A program made the position numbers and the translations under genes. Source: Macrostomum lignano (Eukaryota). From it: a stretch of 64,000 nt of DNA. Shown in pieces: positions 15,381-27,142 of the stretch. Under the pieces are notes generated by a model. The model worked only from the letters and a program-made list of their open reading frames with translations. It had not been told where the DNA came from and did not search any database. Every line of letters begins with the position of its first letter. Position 1 is the first letter of the stretch. The stretch is taken from NCBI GenBank assembly GCA_002269645.1, contig NIVC01000446.1:310001-374000 (forward strand). Direction: 5' to 3'.

Positions 15381-15619
15381 ATGGCGCTATCGCCTCCGGT
15401 TGACCTCCAAGTTGGTAACGACACCGATTTGTTGTCATCCACGTCGTCATCTTTTGTCTTCTGCTGCAGGCGCTCCGCTCAACCGTGCGAGCGTTGAATT
15501 AACGCCGCGATTAGGGCGAGGTTTCTTTGCGGCTGAAGTTTTAATCTAGTTTTCTTCAAAGTGGATTTCAGTGTGAGATTGTTTGAAAGTCGAGCAGCGG
15601 AACATCGTCTGCAGCTTCA
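15381..15619 (+). pseudogene. Truncated, indel-rich 5' copy of the GCNA CDS
   Basis: Identical to the start of the CDS at 16588 for ~90 nt, then many indels and stops before the duplication junction. Confidence 0.8.
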
Positions 15620-16587
15620 ATAGAAAGTCAGAAGCGATCGCTGCAGCTTCAAAAATAAATATCTTGTGAATGAAATTTAATGACCTTTTCATTTTTCTTT
15701 CGAATACTAAAAGGCAAAAACACTTATATTACTACTGAAAAAGAGTAGGTAGGCGCATTTTTTGTGAGTGGCATATCTAGTAGCTACATATATATCTTTA
15801 AGTTAAGGTAGAAATTCCGAAAACTTTTGTGGCACCCCATTGATTAAACTTCAAGTGTGCCTCGGTTTTGCTTAAATTGGCCATATTGTTAAAATAATTG
15901 GTAATTGAAGACTTTTCTTCTCTATAACATAAGTATCGAGTGCATACTATTATTAATAACCTGTTACCTGTGCATTGCATAGAGTTACCTCTATACTTTT
16001 CAAGGTGAAAATTTCAAGCAAATATTCGCTGTTAGTGCATGATTTTTTTTCGTAAATAAAGACCATGGCATTTAGCTATTGAAGTAAAATTTTCTTGTGC
16101 CTACTCAGCGCCTTCTTGATTGCTTTTTTGATTTTTTTCTACATTAGTGTGTAGTCAGTTGTAGTCCCGTGTAGAGTGATAGCGATTTTGTTTATGTAAA
16201 TAATAACTTGATTTAGTTGGGTATTTGCGGAAATATTCTATATAATTTTTGTTCTCGTGATAAGCATTAAATCTTGTACAAATATTGGCTAGAGACGTAG
16301 CTTGCTCAGTGGTAAATGCGCCTCGCTGCGCGACTGTAATGTGACTTACACCCATGAGGACCAACCCAGGGCACAGATAGTGTATTTGCCTGACGATTAG
16401 AAAGTCAAGACACCGTGTAAATGAGTGCGTGCCGGCCTACAGTATTGGCGCGCTTGTATTGTGCTCAAGAGTTAGTGGAATGGGAAAAATTGCCTTTCTG
16501 CTTGTTGTGTGATAATGTCACTGGAGATGTTTACTCTGTAAATATTTAGTTAACTTTCATTTATGATACATTCATTGCTGAAGTGGC

Positions 16588-18855
16588 ATGGCGCTATCGC
16601 CTCCGGTTGACCTCCAAGTTGGTAACGACACCGATTTGTTGTCATCCACGTCGTCATCTTTTGTCTTCTGCTGCGGCGACTCCGCTAAGCCGTGCGAGCG
16701 TGGTGACATTAACGCCGCGATTAGATGTCTGAGCGAGCGCAACGAACGCATTGCCGCTCGCTTGGAGATGCGTCAGCCTGCTCAAAGGCGTTTCGGAAGT
16801 CTAGTTCGTAATCTTCAAGTGGAGTTGGAGCAGTGTGAGATTGTTGAAAGCGAGCAGCCTGGGACATCGTCTGCAGCTCCAGCGTCTAGCTCCCCAGTGA
16901 AAAGGTTGGCGTCGCCACCAGCACCAGACTTGAGTCACATAGATGATCTTTCAGCTCCGGTTACGCAAGGACAGCTTCTTTTGCAGAAGCAGTGTCTTAC
17001 AAATGCTATTGTTGTAGAAGAGGCATCGGGATGTTCTGAAGATGAGGTTTCTAGTGCCGATCCTGCTGGGGCTCTTTGCAGCATTAGTCGTGTCTGGAAC
17101 AAGCTAAAAGATTTAACCATATCATCGCCTCAAAACGCGCCCTTGCAGACTGATAATTCCAAGACTTCCCCTCCATCAAAAAGTGCTGCAGAATCCATTT
17201 TCACTTCGGACAATTCCAATATGGCTGCAAGTTCGGTCTCCGCTGCTAGAACTAGCCCTGAACCTGTTTCAAAGCCCATCTCGAAATCTGCTTCTGTGCT
17301 AAACTCTGAGTCTACTAATGCCAGAGGCAACTTAGATCTAGTTGGAAGACCCAACTCGGAGCCAGTCGAAAAATCTGTAGACGCCGCAGCTGCAGTTTCT
17401 AACGCCGCTACTCATGTGTCTAACAAAGTTAGTGACGATGATGACGACTCAGCCGATGAGAAATTTGAAGCGTTTCTTCTGCAACAGCGTCAGAATTTAC
17501 GTCCATTACCTTCGGAATCGGAGCATTCCTCAGATTTGAGAAATAATGGAGTTAGACGTCATGGTGATAGTAGTTTTGTTGTACCGGACAGTAATGCCGA
17601 TTCCGACGATGTCGCAAATGATAAAACTGGCCAATCTTCGAATTCCTCTGTCAGTTCAGAAAGTACCAATAGCAGCCGACATTCTTTGGCTCAGAAAGAA
17701 AAAGAGAACTGTGAAGGTGAAGGCAAAAATAATGCCAGTGAACATTCGGCTGTCACCGCTTCGGCTCCTTCGACTGTCAATCACCCACGACCTGGACGCC
17801 GCCCAATTCGACTTTCAACAATATTTACTTCCGAGTCTTCGTCCAGTTCTAATTCATCTTTCTCTAACGACTCAGAGACAGCACCAAAAAGGACTGTCTC
17901 ATCAACTCAGCCGCGTTATCCATCACAAGCGCCTCGATCAACAGCAATAACGCCTCTGACGCAAAAACAGCGCCGACAAAGGCGGGAAGCAACTTCCTGG
18001 ACTCCAATAGCCCTGAGTCCAGTGCGGCACATGGATTTTCTAACATCGCTTAATGAGGACGTACCGGACGAGTCGCGCCACCCAGACGCCGTGCAATTTG
18101 TGCGCAATTTTCGTCAGCGCCGCGACCAGCTTGCTCAATATCTTGTGCGTCTTTTTAATCACACAGCTTTTGATGGGCTGCTACCCCCTGATCTTGTTGT
18201 CAGTTGGAACCGCCGTCTGACAACAACAGCCGGCTATTGTCGCTATCAACGGCGTCGCGTCTCGGACTACTGCGTCGGTTCTGATGACAACAACGACGAC
18301 CGCGGTGCTGAAAACCTGGTTGTAACCAACGTTGGCATCACGCGTACCTGCCGAATTGAGCTGTCTGTAAAAGTCTGCGACTCGGCATCTCGGACTCGTG
18401 ACACCCTTGTTCACGAGCTCTGTCACGCTGCCTGTTGGCTCATTAACGGTGCAAACGATGGCCATGGTCGTCTGTGGAAAGCTTGGACTGCAAAGTGCTC
18501 CCGGGCTCATCCTTCACTGCCTCCGATTCGTCGATGTCATGCCTATGTAGTGGAAAAGAAGTTTCTTTACAAGTGCGCCTCGTGTGGCTACTCTCTGGCC
18601 AGGCATTCCCGTTCTATTCGGGGACCCGATTGTGTGTGTCCCCGTTGTCGGCAAGGGCGCTTAGAGTGCCATGTAAACACGCCAGACGGACGCAAGCGGT
18701 TAAGCCAAGCTTTGCGACCGCCTACCGCGTTTGCCCGCTTTGTGAAGGAGCATTATGGCTCAGTGAGGTCGGCTCGGAAGTCTCTTAATCACGCAGGTGT
18801 TATGCGCGAGCTGTCTAACAAATTTCGCCAAGTGCAACAGCAGCAATCTCTGTAA
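16588..18855 (+). CDS. GCNA: GCNA/ACRC SprT-family metalloprotease, 755 aa, single exon
   Basis: Long acidic/Ser-rich disordered N-terminus, then SprT domain (WNRRLTTTAGYC, TLVHELCHAA HExxH, GHGRLWKAW), zinc ribbon (YKCASCG...CPRC) and a C-terminal HMG-like box (PTAFARFVKEHY...VMRELS). Confidence 0.92.
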   Translation: MALSPPVDLQVGNDTDLLSSTSSSFVFCCGDSAKPCERGDINAAIRCLSERNERIAARLEMRQPAQRRFGSLVRNLQVELEQCEIVESEQPGTSSAAPASSSPVKRLASPPAPDLSHIDDLSAPVTQGQLLLQKQCLTNAIVVEEASGCSEDEVSSADPAGALCSISRVWNKLKDLTISSPQNAPLQTDNSKTSPPSKSAAESIFTSDNSNMAASSVSAARTSPEPVSKPISKSASVLNSESTNARGNLDLVGRPNSEPVEKSVDAAAAVSNAATHVSNKVSDDDDDSADEKFEAFLLQQRQNLRPLPSESEHSSDLRNNGVRRHGDSSFVVPDSNADSDDVANDKTGQSSNSSVSSESTNSSRHSLAQKEKENCEGEGKNNASEHSAVTASAPSTVNHPRPGRRPIRLSTIFTSESSSSSNSSFSNDSETAPKRTVSSTQPRYPSQAPRSTAITPLTQKQRRQRREATSWTPIALSPVRHMDFLTSLNEDVPDESRHPDAVQFVRNFRQRRDQLAQYLVRLFNHTAFDGLLPPDLVVSWNRRLTTTAGYCRYQRRRVSDYCVGSDDNNDDRGAENLVVTNVGITRTCRIELSVKVCDSASRTRDTLVHELCHAACWLINGANDGHGRLWKAWTAKCSRAHPSLPPIRRCHAYVVEKKFLYKCASCGYSLARHSRSIRGPDCVCPRCRQGRLECHVNTPDGRKRLSQALRPPTAFARFVKEHYGSVRSARKSLNHAGVMRELSNKFRQVQQQQSL

Positions 18856-19569
18856 TTTTTTTACTAAACTAATACAATTCGATCTAATTCTGCTAGTCTT
18901 TTTGAACCTTGCTCCTAGCCGGTTTTTTCATTCTTATTTAGTATCGTTTTGTAAGGCAGAAGGTCTGTAAAATAAGTGGTTTAGATTGCGTTGTAAATTA
19001 GGTTGTAAATTATAATCGTACGCTATTTATTTATTCATATTTGATCCTTTCTCTATAGGTGTGCATTTGAACTATAATCTCTGTTTTACTTGTATTTTTC
19101 AGTTTGTGCTAAAAGTTGTTTGATACAATAAAAACAGCAAAAATTGCGTACTTAATGTGCTACTATTCAGGTACTATTTCTGCTTATACTGGCAGAACAT
19201 CTGACCTTGTTTTATTATTGAATTGTATTTTAGGGCATTTTCTCAACGCTTTTGTGTAAAATTAAAGTGCATTTTAAGGTAATTTTCGGTCCTGTTTATA
19301 TCGTAATTATAGTATTATTATGTATTGCTCGAAATAGTTCGGTCACTATTTTTGCTACTAGCTATCTTTGATAGGTATGACTTTTACGAGTTGCAAATAT
19401 ACATTGTACAATATTTTTACCTTGTGCATACTTCGATTTTACTTTGTTCTTTCTAAAATTTTGGTTTCTTACATTAAGTATTGCAGCTTTATTTTCTGAG
19501 GGTAAAGTATACCAAACGAGTTGATATGCCACTTTCATATTCCCACCAAGAAATTATCTCTAAGATATT

Positions 19570-20520
19570 AACTGTTGGAGATGTGATGTGTCAGAGATAT
19601 AAGTGTCGGGGATATGAAGTGTCGGAGATATAGTGTCGGAGATGTGAAGTGTTGGAGATATGAAGTGTCGGAGATGTGAAGTGTCGGAGATATGGGAGAT
19701 ATAAGGTGTCGGAGATATGAAGTGTCGGAGATATGGGGGATATGAAGTGTCGGAGATATGAAGTGTCGGAGATATAAAGTGTCGGAGATATGAAGTGTCG
19801 GAGATATGAAGTGTCGGAGATATGAAGTGTCGGGGATATGAAGTGTCGGAGATATAGTGTCGGAGATGTGAAGTGTTGGAGATATGAAGTGTCGGAGATG
19901 TGAAGTGTTGGAGATGTGATGTGTCAGAGATATAAGTGTCGGGGATATGAAGTGTCGGAGATATAGTGTCGGAGATGTGAAGTGTTGGAGATATGAAGTG
20001 TCGGAGATGTGAAGTGTCGGAGATATGGGAGATATAAGGTGTCGGAGATATGAAGTGTCGGAGATATGGGGGATATGAAGTGTCGGAGATATGAAGTGTC
20101 GGAGATATAAAGTGTCGGAGATATGAAGTGTCGGAGATATGAAGTGTCGGAGATATGAAGTGTCGGAGATATGAAGTGTCGGAGACATGAAGTGTCGGAG
20201 ATATGAAGTGTCGGAGATATAAAGTGTCGGATATATGAAATGTCGGAGATATGAAATGTCGGAGATATAAAGTGTCGGAGATATGAAGTGTCAGAGACAT
20301 AAAGTGTCGGAGATATGAAGTGTCAGAGACATAAAGTGTCGGAGATATGAAGTGTCGGAGATATGGGGGATATGAAGTGTCGGAGATATGGGGGATATGA
20401 AGTGTCAGAGACATAAAGTGTCGGAGATATGAAGTGTCGGAGATATGAAGTGTCGGAGATATGGGGGATATGAAGTGTCGGAGATATAAAGTGTCGGAGA
20501 TGTGAAGTGTCGCAGATGTG
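19570..20520. repeat. 16-bp minisatellite (GTCGGAGATATGAAGT) with higher-order repeats
   Basis: Dozens of tandem units between GCNA and the first identified BAP1 exon. Confidence 0.95.
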
Positions 20521-20722
20521 AAAGAAGCTTCTTTGGAGATTTGAAATTTAACATATATGACCCTCCGTGATAGATGAAATGGATCACGGTAACTTGCAGT
20601 TTTGGTCCATCGAAATTGTAGCGATTAAAGTTTCTTAGATTCTAGGTGTGATCTTTAGATGTTCGATATATATGTATACTGATAGCTATGCCGACTTAGA
20701 CCGACTGTCTCTATACTTTCAG

Positions 20723-23213
20723 CAAAGCCCACTGCCAAGTGCTTCTAGCTCCTCGCTAGCTGCGGCTGAAGCTGCAGACGAGGAGACAGAGAAGCCCACA
20801 CTGTCTCCTACATCGTCATCGTCATCTCCAGCGGCCAGTCCGGAACCAGTTGATTGGTTAGAGTTGGAGAGCGATCCGGGACTCTTCACGTTGCTAATTG
20901 AGGATATGGGCGTGACCGGAGTGCAGGTTGAAGAGATCTACGATCTGCAGAAGCCTATGCAAGAGGGCGATACGGTCTACGGCTTTGTGTTTCTATTCAA
21001 GTGGATTGAAGAACGCCGGCCAGCTAAGCAGCGCAGGAGTAACAACTGGCAGGCTGGAACTGCTAGCAATAATGCAGTGGACGCCCAGCATCAGAAACAG
21101 CCGTCAAAGCCTGACCCATTAGCAGCCAACTCCGATTCCCGAATTCAGACACAGCAGCAAAAGCTTCCAGCAGCAGCAGCAGCAGGCCAAAATGACGATA
21201 CCGTTTCAACGGACTTGTTCTTTGCTCGTCAAACTGTGCCAAACTCGTGTGCCACGCACTCGTTGTTGAGCATTCTGTTAAATAGTACATCTGAGCTAGA
21301 TCTGGGCCCTACTCTCACCAGGCTTCGGGCCTCTTGCCGCGGCCTCGACCCAACACGTCGTGGCGACGCCATTGGCCGCACGCCTGAACTGGCTCGAGCG
21401 CACAATCGGCATGCCAGACCTTCTGACAGGCCGCTGACACTCGCTCATAAGCGCATGCATCATCGTAGCATTCACCACATTGGTCACGGCGGTACCGGTG
21501 GTTCCGCCGGAAGTTCTCTATCAAATGTAGGCGCCGACTCCGCATCCGGCTCTGGCGCCAGTGTGGTAGTCAGCTCCCCGGATCAGGACGATCAGGACGG
21601 TTGCGCCGGTGACACGTTTCACTTTGTCTCTTTCATTCCGCACAATGGCAGTCTGCTTGAGTTAGATGGACTGCGCGCTGAGCCTACTAATCATGGACCT
21701 TTAGATCGGCCTTGGACGCGCACTTTTCTACGCGTTATACGCGACAGAGTAGGCTTGACCCCCGTATCTGGCTCAGCCCCTTTTGCCACCTCATCTGCCG
21801 GCCACGCCTCCACTCTTGCCTCGTCAGCCGCCGGTGACATCATGTACAACCTGATGGCCGTGGTTCCAGACAAACGGCGTCAGCTTGACCGACGAATTAG
21901 TACTTTAGAGGCTAACTTATCGATTATTGAAGGTGCTATCGACAAGCTTTTTGCTGGTAAGTTTGATCAATTTTGCTTGATAATTTGATTTTCACAAATG
22001 ACTTTATATTATAATCATGTCTTTCATATGTTATATCAGGGATGTCTGCGTTATATTACCGTAGATACAATATATGCTTATATCCATTTCTATATTCTCG
22101 TAGATAAGAAGGTTAAGTACATATCAATTAACAGTTTCTCTTATCAAAGTGTGTCGGTTGAGCGGAATTTAAAAAATTGATTTCTTATGATGTTGTTTGC
22201 AGCCATGAGGGCCAGCCCCCAAGGCACACTGAGTGTACATATGCCGGACGGTTAGACAGTCAAAGAGCCGCTGTACACTGTTAAGTGAAAACTGTTAAGT
22301 GAGAGAACTGTTAAGTGAAACTATACAATACGCTTCTTTTGCAGGCGGTCGTGTAAGCACTGAGGATATATCCTCATTTAGTGCCGCAGTTGGAACCTCA
22401 TCTATTAAGCTGGAGCTCGGCAGCCATCAGGGTGAACAGGATAGTGAAGTGCTGCAAATCGGCAACTCTCAGCCAGCAACTCCGCAGCAACAGGAGCCAC
22501 AGTTGCTAACTCTGTGCAGCAACTCAACTTCTGGCGGCGCCGATTTCACCAAGCCGCTAACCATTGAGACGAATCCGTCTTTAAAAAATGTATCAGCTCC
22601 GCGAAGGCATTCGTCATCGGGTCCTTCGAGCGATAGTCCGGTCTCTTCTGCTGCAAGCTGTGGCGGCCAGCACCTTAGTCCGCAAGTTCAAGCAAGCCAT
22701 GGCTCCAGCGGCAGTGGAAACAAATACTCGACTAGAGCTGCTGCTCGCCGCGACAGTCAGGCTGCCGCCGCCGCCGCAGCCGCCGCCGCCGCCACCACGG
22801 CAACTTCTACTACCGTATCAGCTTCCACCTCGGCTGCTGCATCCACAGCGCAGCTGTCATCATCTATCACAATGTCGCCAAGTCCTACAGCTGGCGGCAG
22901 TCTTCGCTCTTTCACCGAATCGGAGCTGTTGCAGTTGATGAAAATGGTTCAACAATCGCTCGCCCAGTGCCGGCAGCAGCTAGCTGAGGAGCAGGAAAAG
23001 TACACCAAATATCGAACTGACGACTGCAGACGGTGCTTCGATTACGATCCGCTTATTCGAGCATTTCTCACCGAGCTTGACTCGGCAAACCTGCTGCGCG
23101 AGCTTGTTGAACAGCAGCAACAGCAGCAGGCGGCGGCTAACAAGCGAAAACGCGTTGGCAGCCACCCTGGACTACTGTCCGCGCTAACCAAGAAACGGAA
23201 CCGGCCTCGGTAA
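20723..23213 (+). CDS. BAP1: BAP1-like ubiquitin C-terminal hydrolase; join(20723..21956,22345..23213), start exon unresolved
   Basis: WLELESDPGLFTLL...VQVEEIYDLQ, catalytic Q/C in FARQTVPNSCATH, H in FHFVSF, D in ELDGL. C-terminal ULD DDCRRCFDYDPLIRAFL and basic NLS KRKR/KKRNRPR. Phase-1 intron 21957-22344. Confidence 0.93.
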
Positions 23214-23491
23214 CATTCGCGATTGACAGCTGCATCGTACTATGGGGTATTTCGAAAGTAACGAGAATTTTTTGTAACTTTTGACTGAATAAACTTATGA
23301 ACTTGAATTTTTTATCGAACAATTTTACACATATGGACAACTAACAACTTTATTTTATCCTTGAATAGTTTGGGTTGCACTAATTAGTTAATAGATTTTT
23401 ACCATAGAGAATGCTTTCAGGCAGACCTTGAAAAATCTCCTAACAAATTTAAGTTCTGCGTCCAGAGTTTATCAGTAGTCCTTGGCCTATA

Positions 23492-23789
23492 GGGGTTTTA
23501 GTCTAGTGGTTGGATCGGCGGACTCACGACTTGAAGGTCGGAGGTTCGATTCCCGATCCCACTGGAACAATTTTTGTCCTTAAGCAAGACACTTAACTAT
23601 GCATAGCTTCAGTTCACCCAGCTGTAAAATGAGTGACAACATTAACTGGGGTAATTGAGGCTGTGTGTGGCGACCCCCCCCCCCCTCAGTCCTTGGACTG
23701 AACAGCCGTACGCAGCCTTCAGATGCGCCGTGCAATAGCTGCGGCTGGGCTGTCGGTTACACATCTGCCCATTAGGGCAAGTGTAATCA

Positions 23790-23833
<44 letters not shown>
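23492..23833 (+). mobile_element. SINE family A, full length (tRNA head, CORE-like centre, (TTA)n tail)
   Basis: A-box TAGTCTAGTGG, B-box GGTTCGATTCC, central GTCCTTAAGCAAGACACTTAAC...CAGCTGTAAAATG resembling the CORE-SINE domain, TTA-repeat tail. Confidence 0.85.
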
Positions 23834-23834
<1 letters not shown>

Positions 23835-25254
23835 GGACTTATATTGCTGCATGCAACTGTGTGATTATAAATGAAAGTCCATACCTCAAGATAAAAAAAT
23901 ACGATTTTTGTCTATGGCAAAAACACCCAGCTACTTCTGATAAGGGCCCTTCTTTCTGCTCTCTATGGGCGAAGTTGCACCTGGGAAGAATTTCGCAGTT
24001 TCGAGCTGCATAGCGCTGTAGTTGCCCATATGTATAAAAATAAAATTGTTGGCTTTTAAGTTTCAAGTTCATTCAGTCAAAAGTTATAACAAAATTCTCT
24101 TTACTTTTAAAACACCCCTTTTACTAAACTATTATTCACTTCTTTGTTAACCGTGTATTCGTCTTATATTCAGCTAAATTTATTGCATATTATTGCTTGA
24201 ATTTTGCATAATTCCGTTTAGGTATACATTTTTTCACTATGTTCAGCTGTACAAGTTGATTAAGTGGTTTGATTTTTTATGATTTTTTTGTTCCTGTTAG
24301 ATACTCAATGTAGCATAAATCAGCAATTGCATCAGCTTGTGTACATAATTTGAAAAAAATACAAGTTAAGCTATGAAAATTATAGTATACAGTTAGCTAT
24401 AACTTAAAAATGTCTTCGAAATTACATTAATTAGTGGTAGCATTGACTCTAAAATCTCATAAAGACGCTTATTTAGTCCGATGGTGACTTTTCTAAGAGT
24501 TTTATTGACAATAAACTTAGCATTTGAATTGCACTACAATTTTCATGTGGGTAGTTACTATCTGATTGTTTACATTTCCCAAAAATGCCCAACAATGCAG
24601 AAATTAGCTTCATCTCTCTACAAAAAAGTTTGTGAGAAGCTTACAATTTAAAATTGAAATTGAGTTATAAGATGTTTGTAGCATTGTTGTACAGTTCTTA
24701 TATTTTTTATTCTTGCAGCATATTGCGGTGAATGTTGTTCAGCAATATTGTTATTTCGTCTAAATGTCTGTTAAAGCATTCATTGCTTGTTAAAGTTTGG
24801 CAGGTTATTATAATAAATCATTAATTTATCTTTAAATGCTCTCCTACAACTTCCGTTTTTCTAATATGTTTGTGTTCCTTTTCTTTCTTCCTAGGTTTTT
24901 CTGCTAGTAAAAAGCATCTATTGATCCGCATAGTATAATCACTGATCGTCATACTAGTTTTAGTAGAGTCTAAAGAATATAGAAGCTCTGCTACTTGTTA
25001 TTTTCCTCTTCATCATGGGCCCCAGTTTCTTTCCTTTGATGTTTGCCGCTTACTGTTCGCTTATAGTTGGTGCTGACGAGTGGCGGGCCCGGTCTGGGAA
25101 TTGACGTCTGACAAAGATGGATTAGCCGGAGTAAAAAAATGGGATTCAAACTGGGTATGTCGCCAGTAAACACTTTAGCGGAATGCTACTTTTATAAATT
25201 AATAGGATACATTGTGTATCTATATATTGTGTATTGCACTGCACATATACTCGT

Positions 25255-25555
25255 AGTAATAATTGGTTACGCCTGCCCTAATAGCCAGATGTGCAACCGA
25301 CAGCTCAGCCGCAGCTATTGCGCGGCGCATTTGAAGGCTGCGTACGGCTGTTCAGTCCAAGGACTGGGGGGGGGGGGGGGTCGCCACACACCCTCAATTA
25401 CCCCATGCAGCTAATGCTGGCACCCATTTTACAGCTGGGTGAACTGAAGCAATGCAGAGTTGAGTGTCTTGCTCAAGGACAAATTGTTCCAGTGGGATCA
25501 AGAATCGAACCCCCGACCTTTCAGTTGTGAGTCCGACGCTCTAATCATTAATCTG
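25255..25555 (-). mobile_element. SINE family A copy
   Basis: Reverse complement of 23492-23833, including the B-box (GAATCGAACCC on +). Confidence 0.85.
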
Positions 25556-25827
25556 CAACCTCCTATTGCGCATATGCAGCTCTCTCTCTAGTCAGTCATG
25601 GACAGTTGAAGCAGAAACGTCCTTGAAATTTAGTTGATTATGTCATGTGCCTAACACTACACGAGTAACTTTATGTGCTTATATTTTCTGGTTTTGGCTT
25701 TTGATTCTGGACAACAATAGCTGTTAGATTGTCTTTATTAATATTGCCTAATTTAGATAAAAAATTATATTCTTATATTTGAATTTTTCATTTCAGGGTG
25801 TCAATTTGCTGCTCAAAATAGCAAAAT

Positions 25828-26937
25828 ATGAGTTCAACGGCTCACATTGAAAATGTTTTTGACGATAAATACTTGCTAGTGAGTACATTCAAAAGCTTGT
25901 GGTCTTTTTGTTCAATAACTATTGGCAGGCGTGTATTATTCAAATTCTTTCTATCACACTTATTTTAGCTTCTATTAATGTGCTGCGAGCCTGATTTGGA
26001 CGACCCGACCATTATTTTGAATTATTTGATATTTGTTCACACCTATATTGACGCGAACGGACGTCTTCTTCTCAGTAAACTCAGTGCGCTGCAGCAATTG
26101 AATGCTTCTATGCGTTCACGCGATAAAGATGCCCAGGTTGAGCATGAGTTGCCACTGCCATCTTGTCGAGATCTGCCAGATTCGAAGCTTGCAGAACTCT
26201 CTGCTTCAGCTGAGCGTATAGCCTCTAGTGTAGAGGAGCTGAGCTTAGTTTGCGCCGACTTTGAGGAGCAGATTGAGCACCATAATATCGAGTCGCACGC
26301 CAGGTTGTCTTTGGCGGAGTCCTCAGCGGCGCAGGCCGCAGCTGAAGCAGCAAAACTGCGTCGCGAATCCGCTTCGCGCGCTTTGGAGTCGGCCGCTGCT
26401 GAAACGTCGCGTTTGCGCTCTCAGCGTAAGATGCAGGAGACATCGACGCAGCTCATTGCTGCACGTTCTGTCACTAGGCTCCGACGCTACCAAGTTGAGT
26501 GCAAGGATCTAGAAGAGCGCTTGAACATTACTAACGCTAGCCTTGCCAAGTGGCGGCGTCGTCTTGATTCCCATCGTCAGGCGCACGCGAGTAAAGTTGC
26601 TGCCATGTCTGAAGATCATTCACACCGCATGGCGACTTATAGAAAGCAAATTTCCGAAGCTCAAAAGTTGCCACTTGCAAGTGGCCAGTTTTTCATTGCT
26701 ATGAAAACTCGCTTTGAATTGATCACACGCTTAATGGAGCATCGATTTGAATTCTACTGCGACCAGCTGTCCAAGTTGCGACATCTGCTTAACACCCGGC
26801 GTGCTAAACGACTTGACCAGGAGCAAGCATTCCGGAGTAACATGCATACTAATCCAACAGCACATGCCCGTACTTCCAGCTTTGGAACATCTGCCACAAA
26901 TAGTGCTCAATTGCACTTTACTAGTTGGGGGATATAA
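25828..26937 (+). CDS. Uncharacterised coiled-coil protein; probable join(25828..25878,25969..26937), ~339 aa
   Basis: 319-aa ORF rich in heptad A/E/R/L/S helices. An upstream mini-exon MSSTAHIENVFDDKYLL with a GTGAGT donor joins in phase 0 at a TTTTAG acceptor. No family recognised. Confidence 0.6.
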
Positions 26938-27142
26938 CGGTGGTTTACATGCGCTTTGCTTTGTGTTTGAAACGTTTTGCCAGTTTTTTAACTCTCCTTG
27001 CGTGTTTCGTATTCTTTATGGAGTTCGTCGAGTAATATTTCTCTGATATCTCAGCAATGGACGCATTTCAACAGAGCGTGTAAGTTCTTACGATACCAGC
27101 TTCTGATGACACGTTGACGATTTCAGATGTTATTTAAAAATA

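Larger units (their letters stand above)
14409..15619 (+). repeat. ~1.21-kb tandem duplication; second copy starts at ~15620
   Basis: ATAGAAAGTCAGAAGCGATCGCTGCAG occurs at ~14409 and ~15620. An identical 60-aa spurious ORF occurs at 14587 and 15798 (offset 1211). Confidence 0.95.

Noticed and set aside
16935-18788. Antisense and alternative-frame ORFs over GCNA (likewise over BAP1, sFRP and RNF213)
   Set aside because: Shadow ORFs of GC-rich coding exons with no independent motifs.
23492-23570. Possible tRNA gene (also ~15086, ~40400-40467, ~51546)
   Set aside because: A/B boxes are present but there is no acceptor stem or cloverleaf; each continues into a SINE body and tail.
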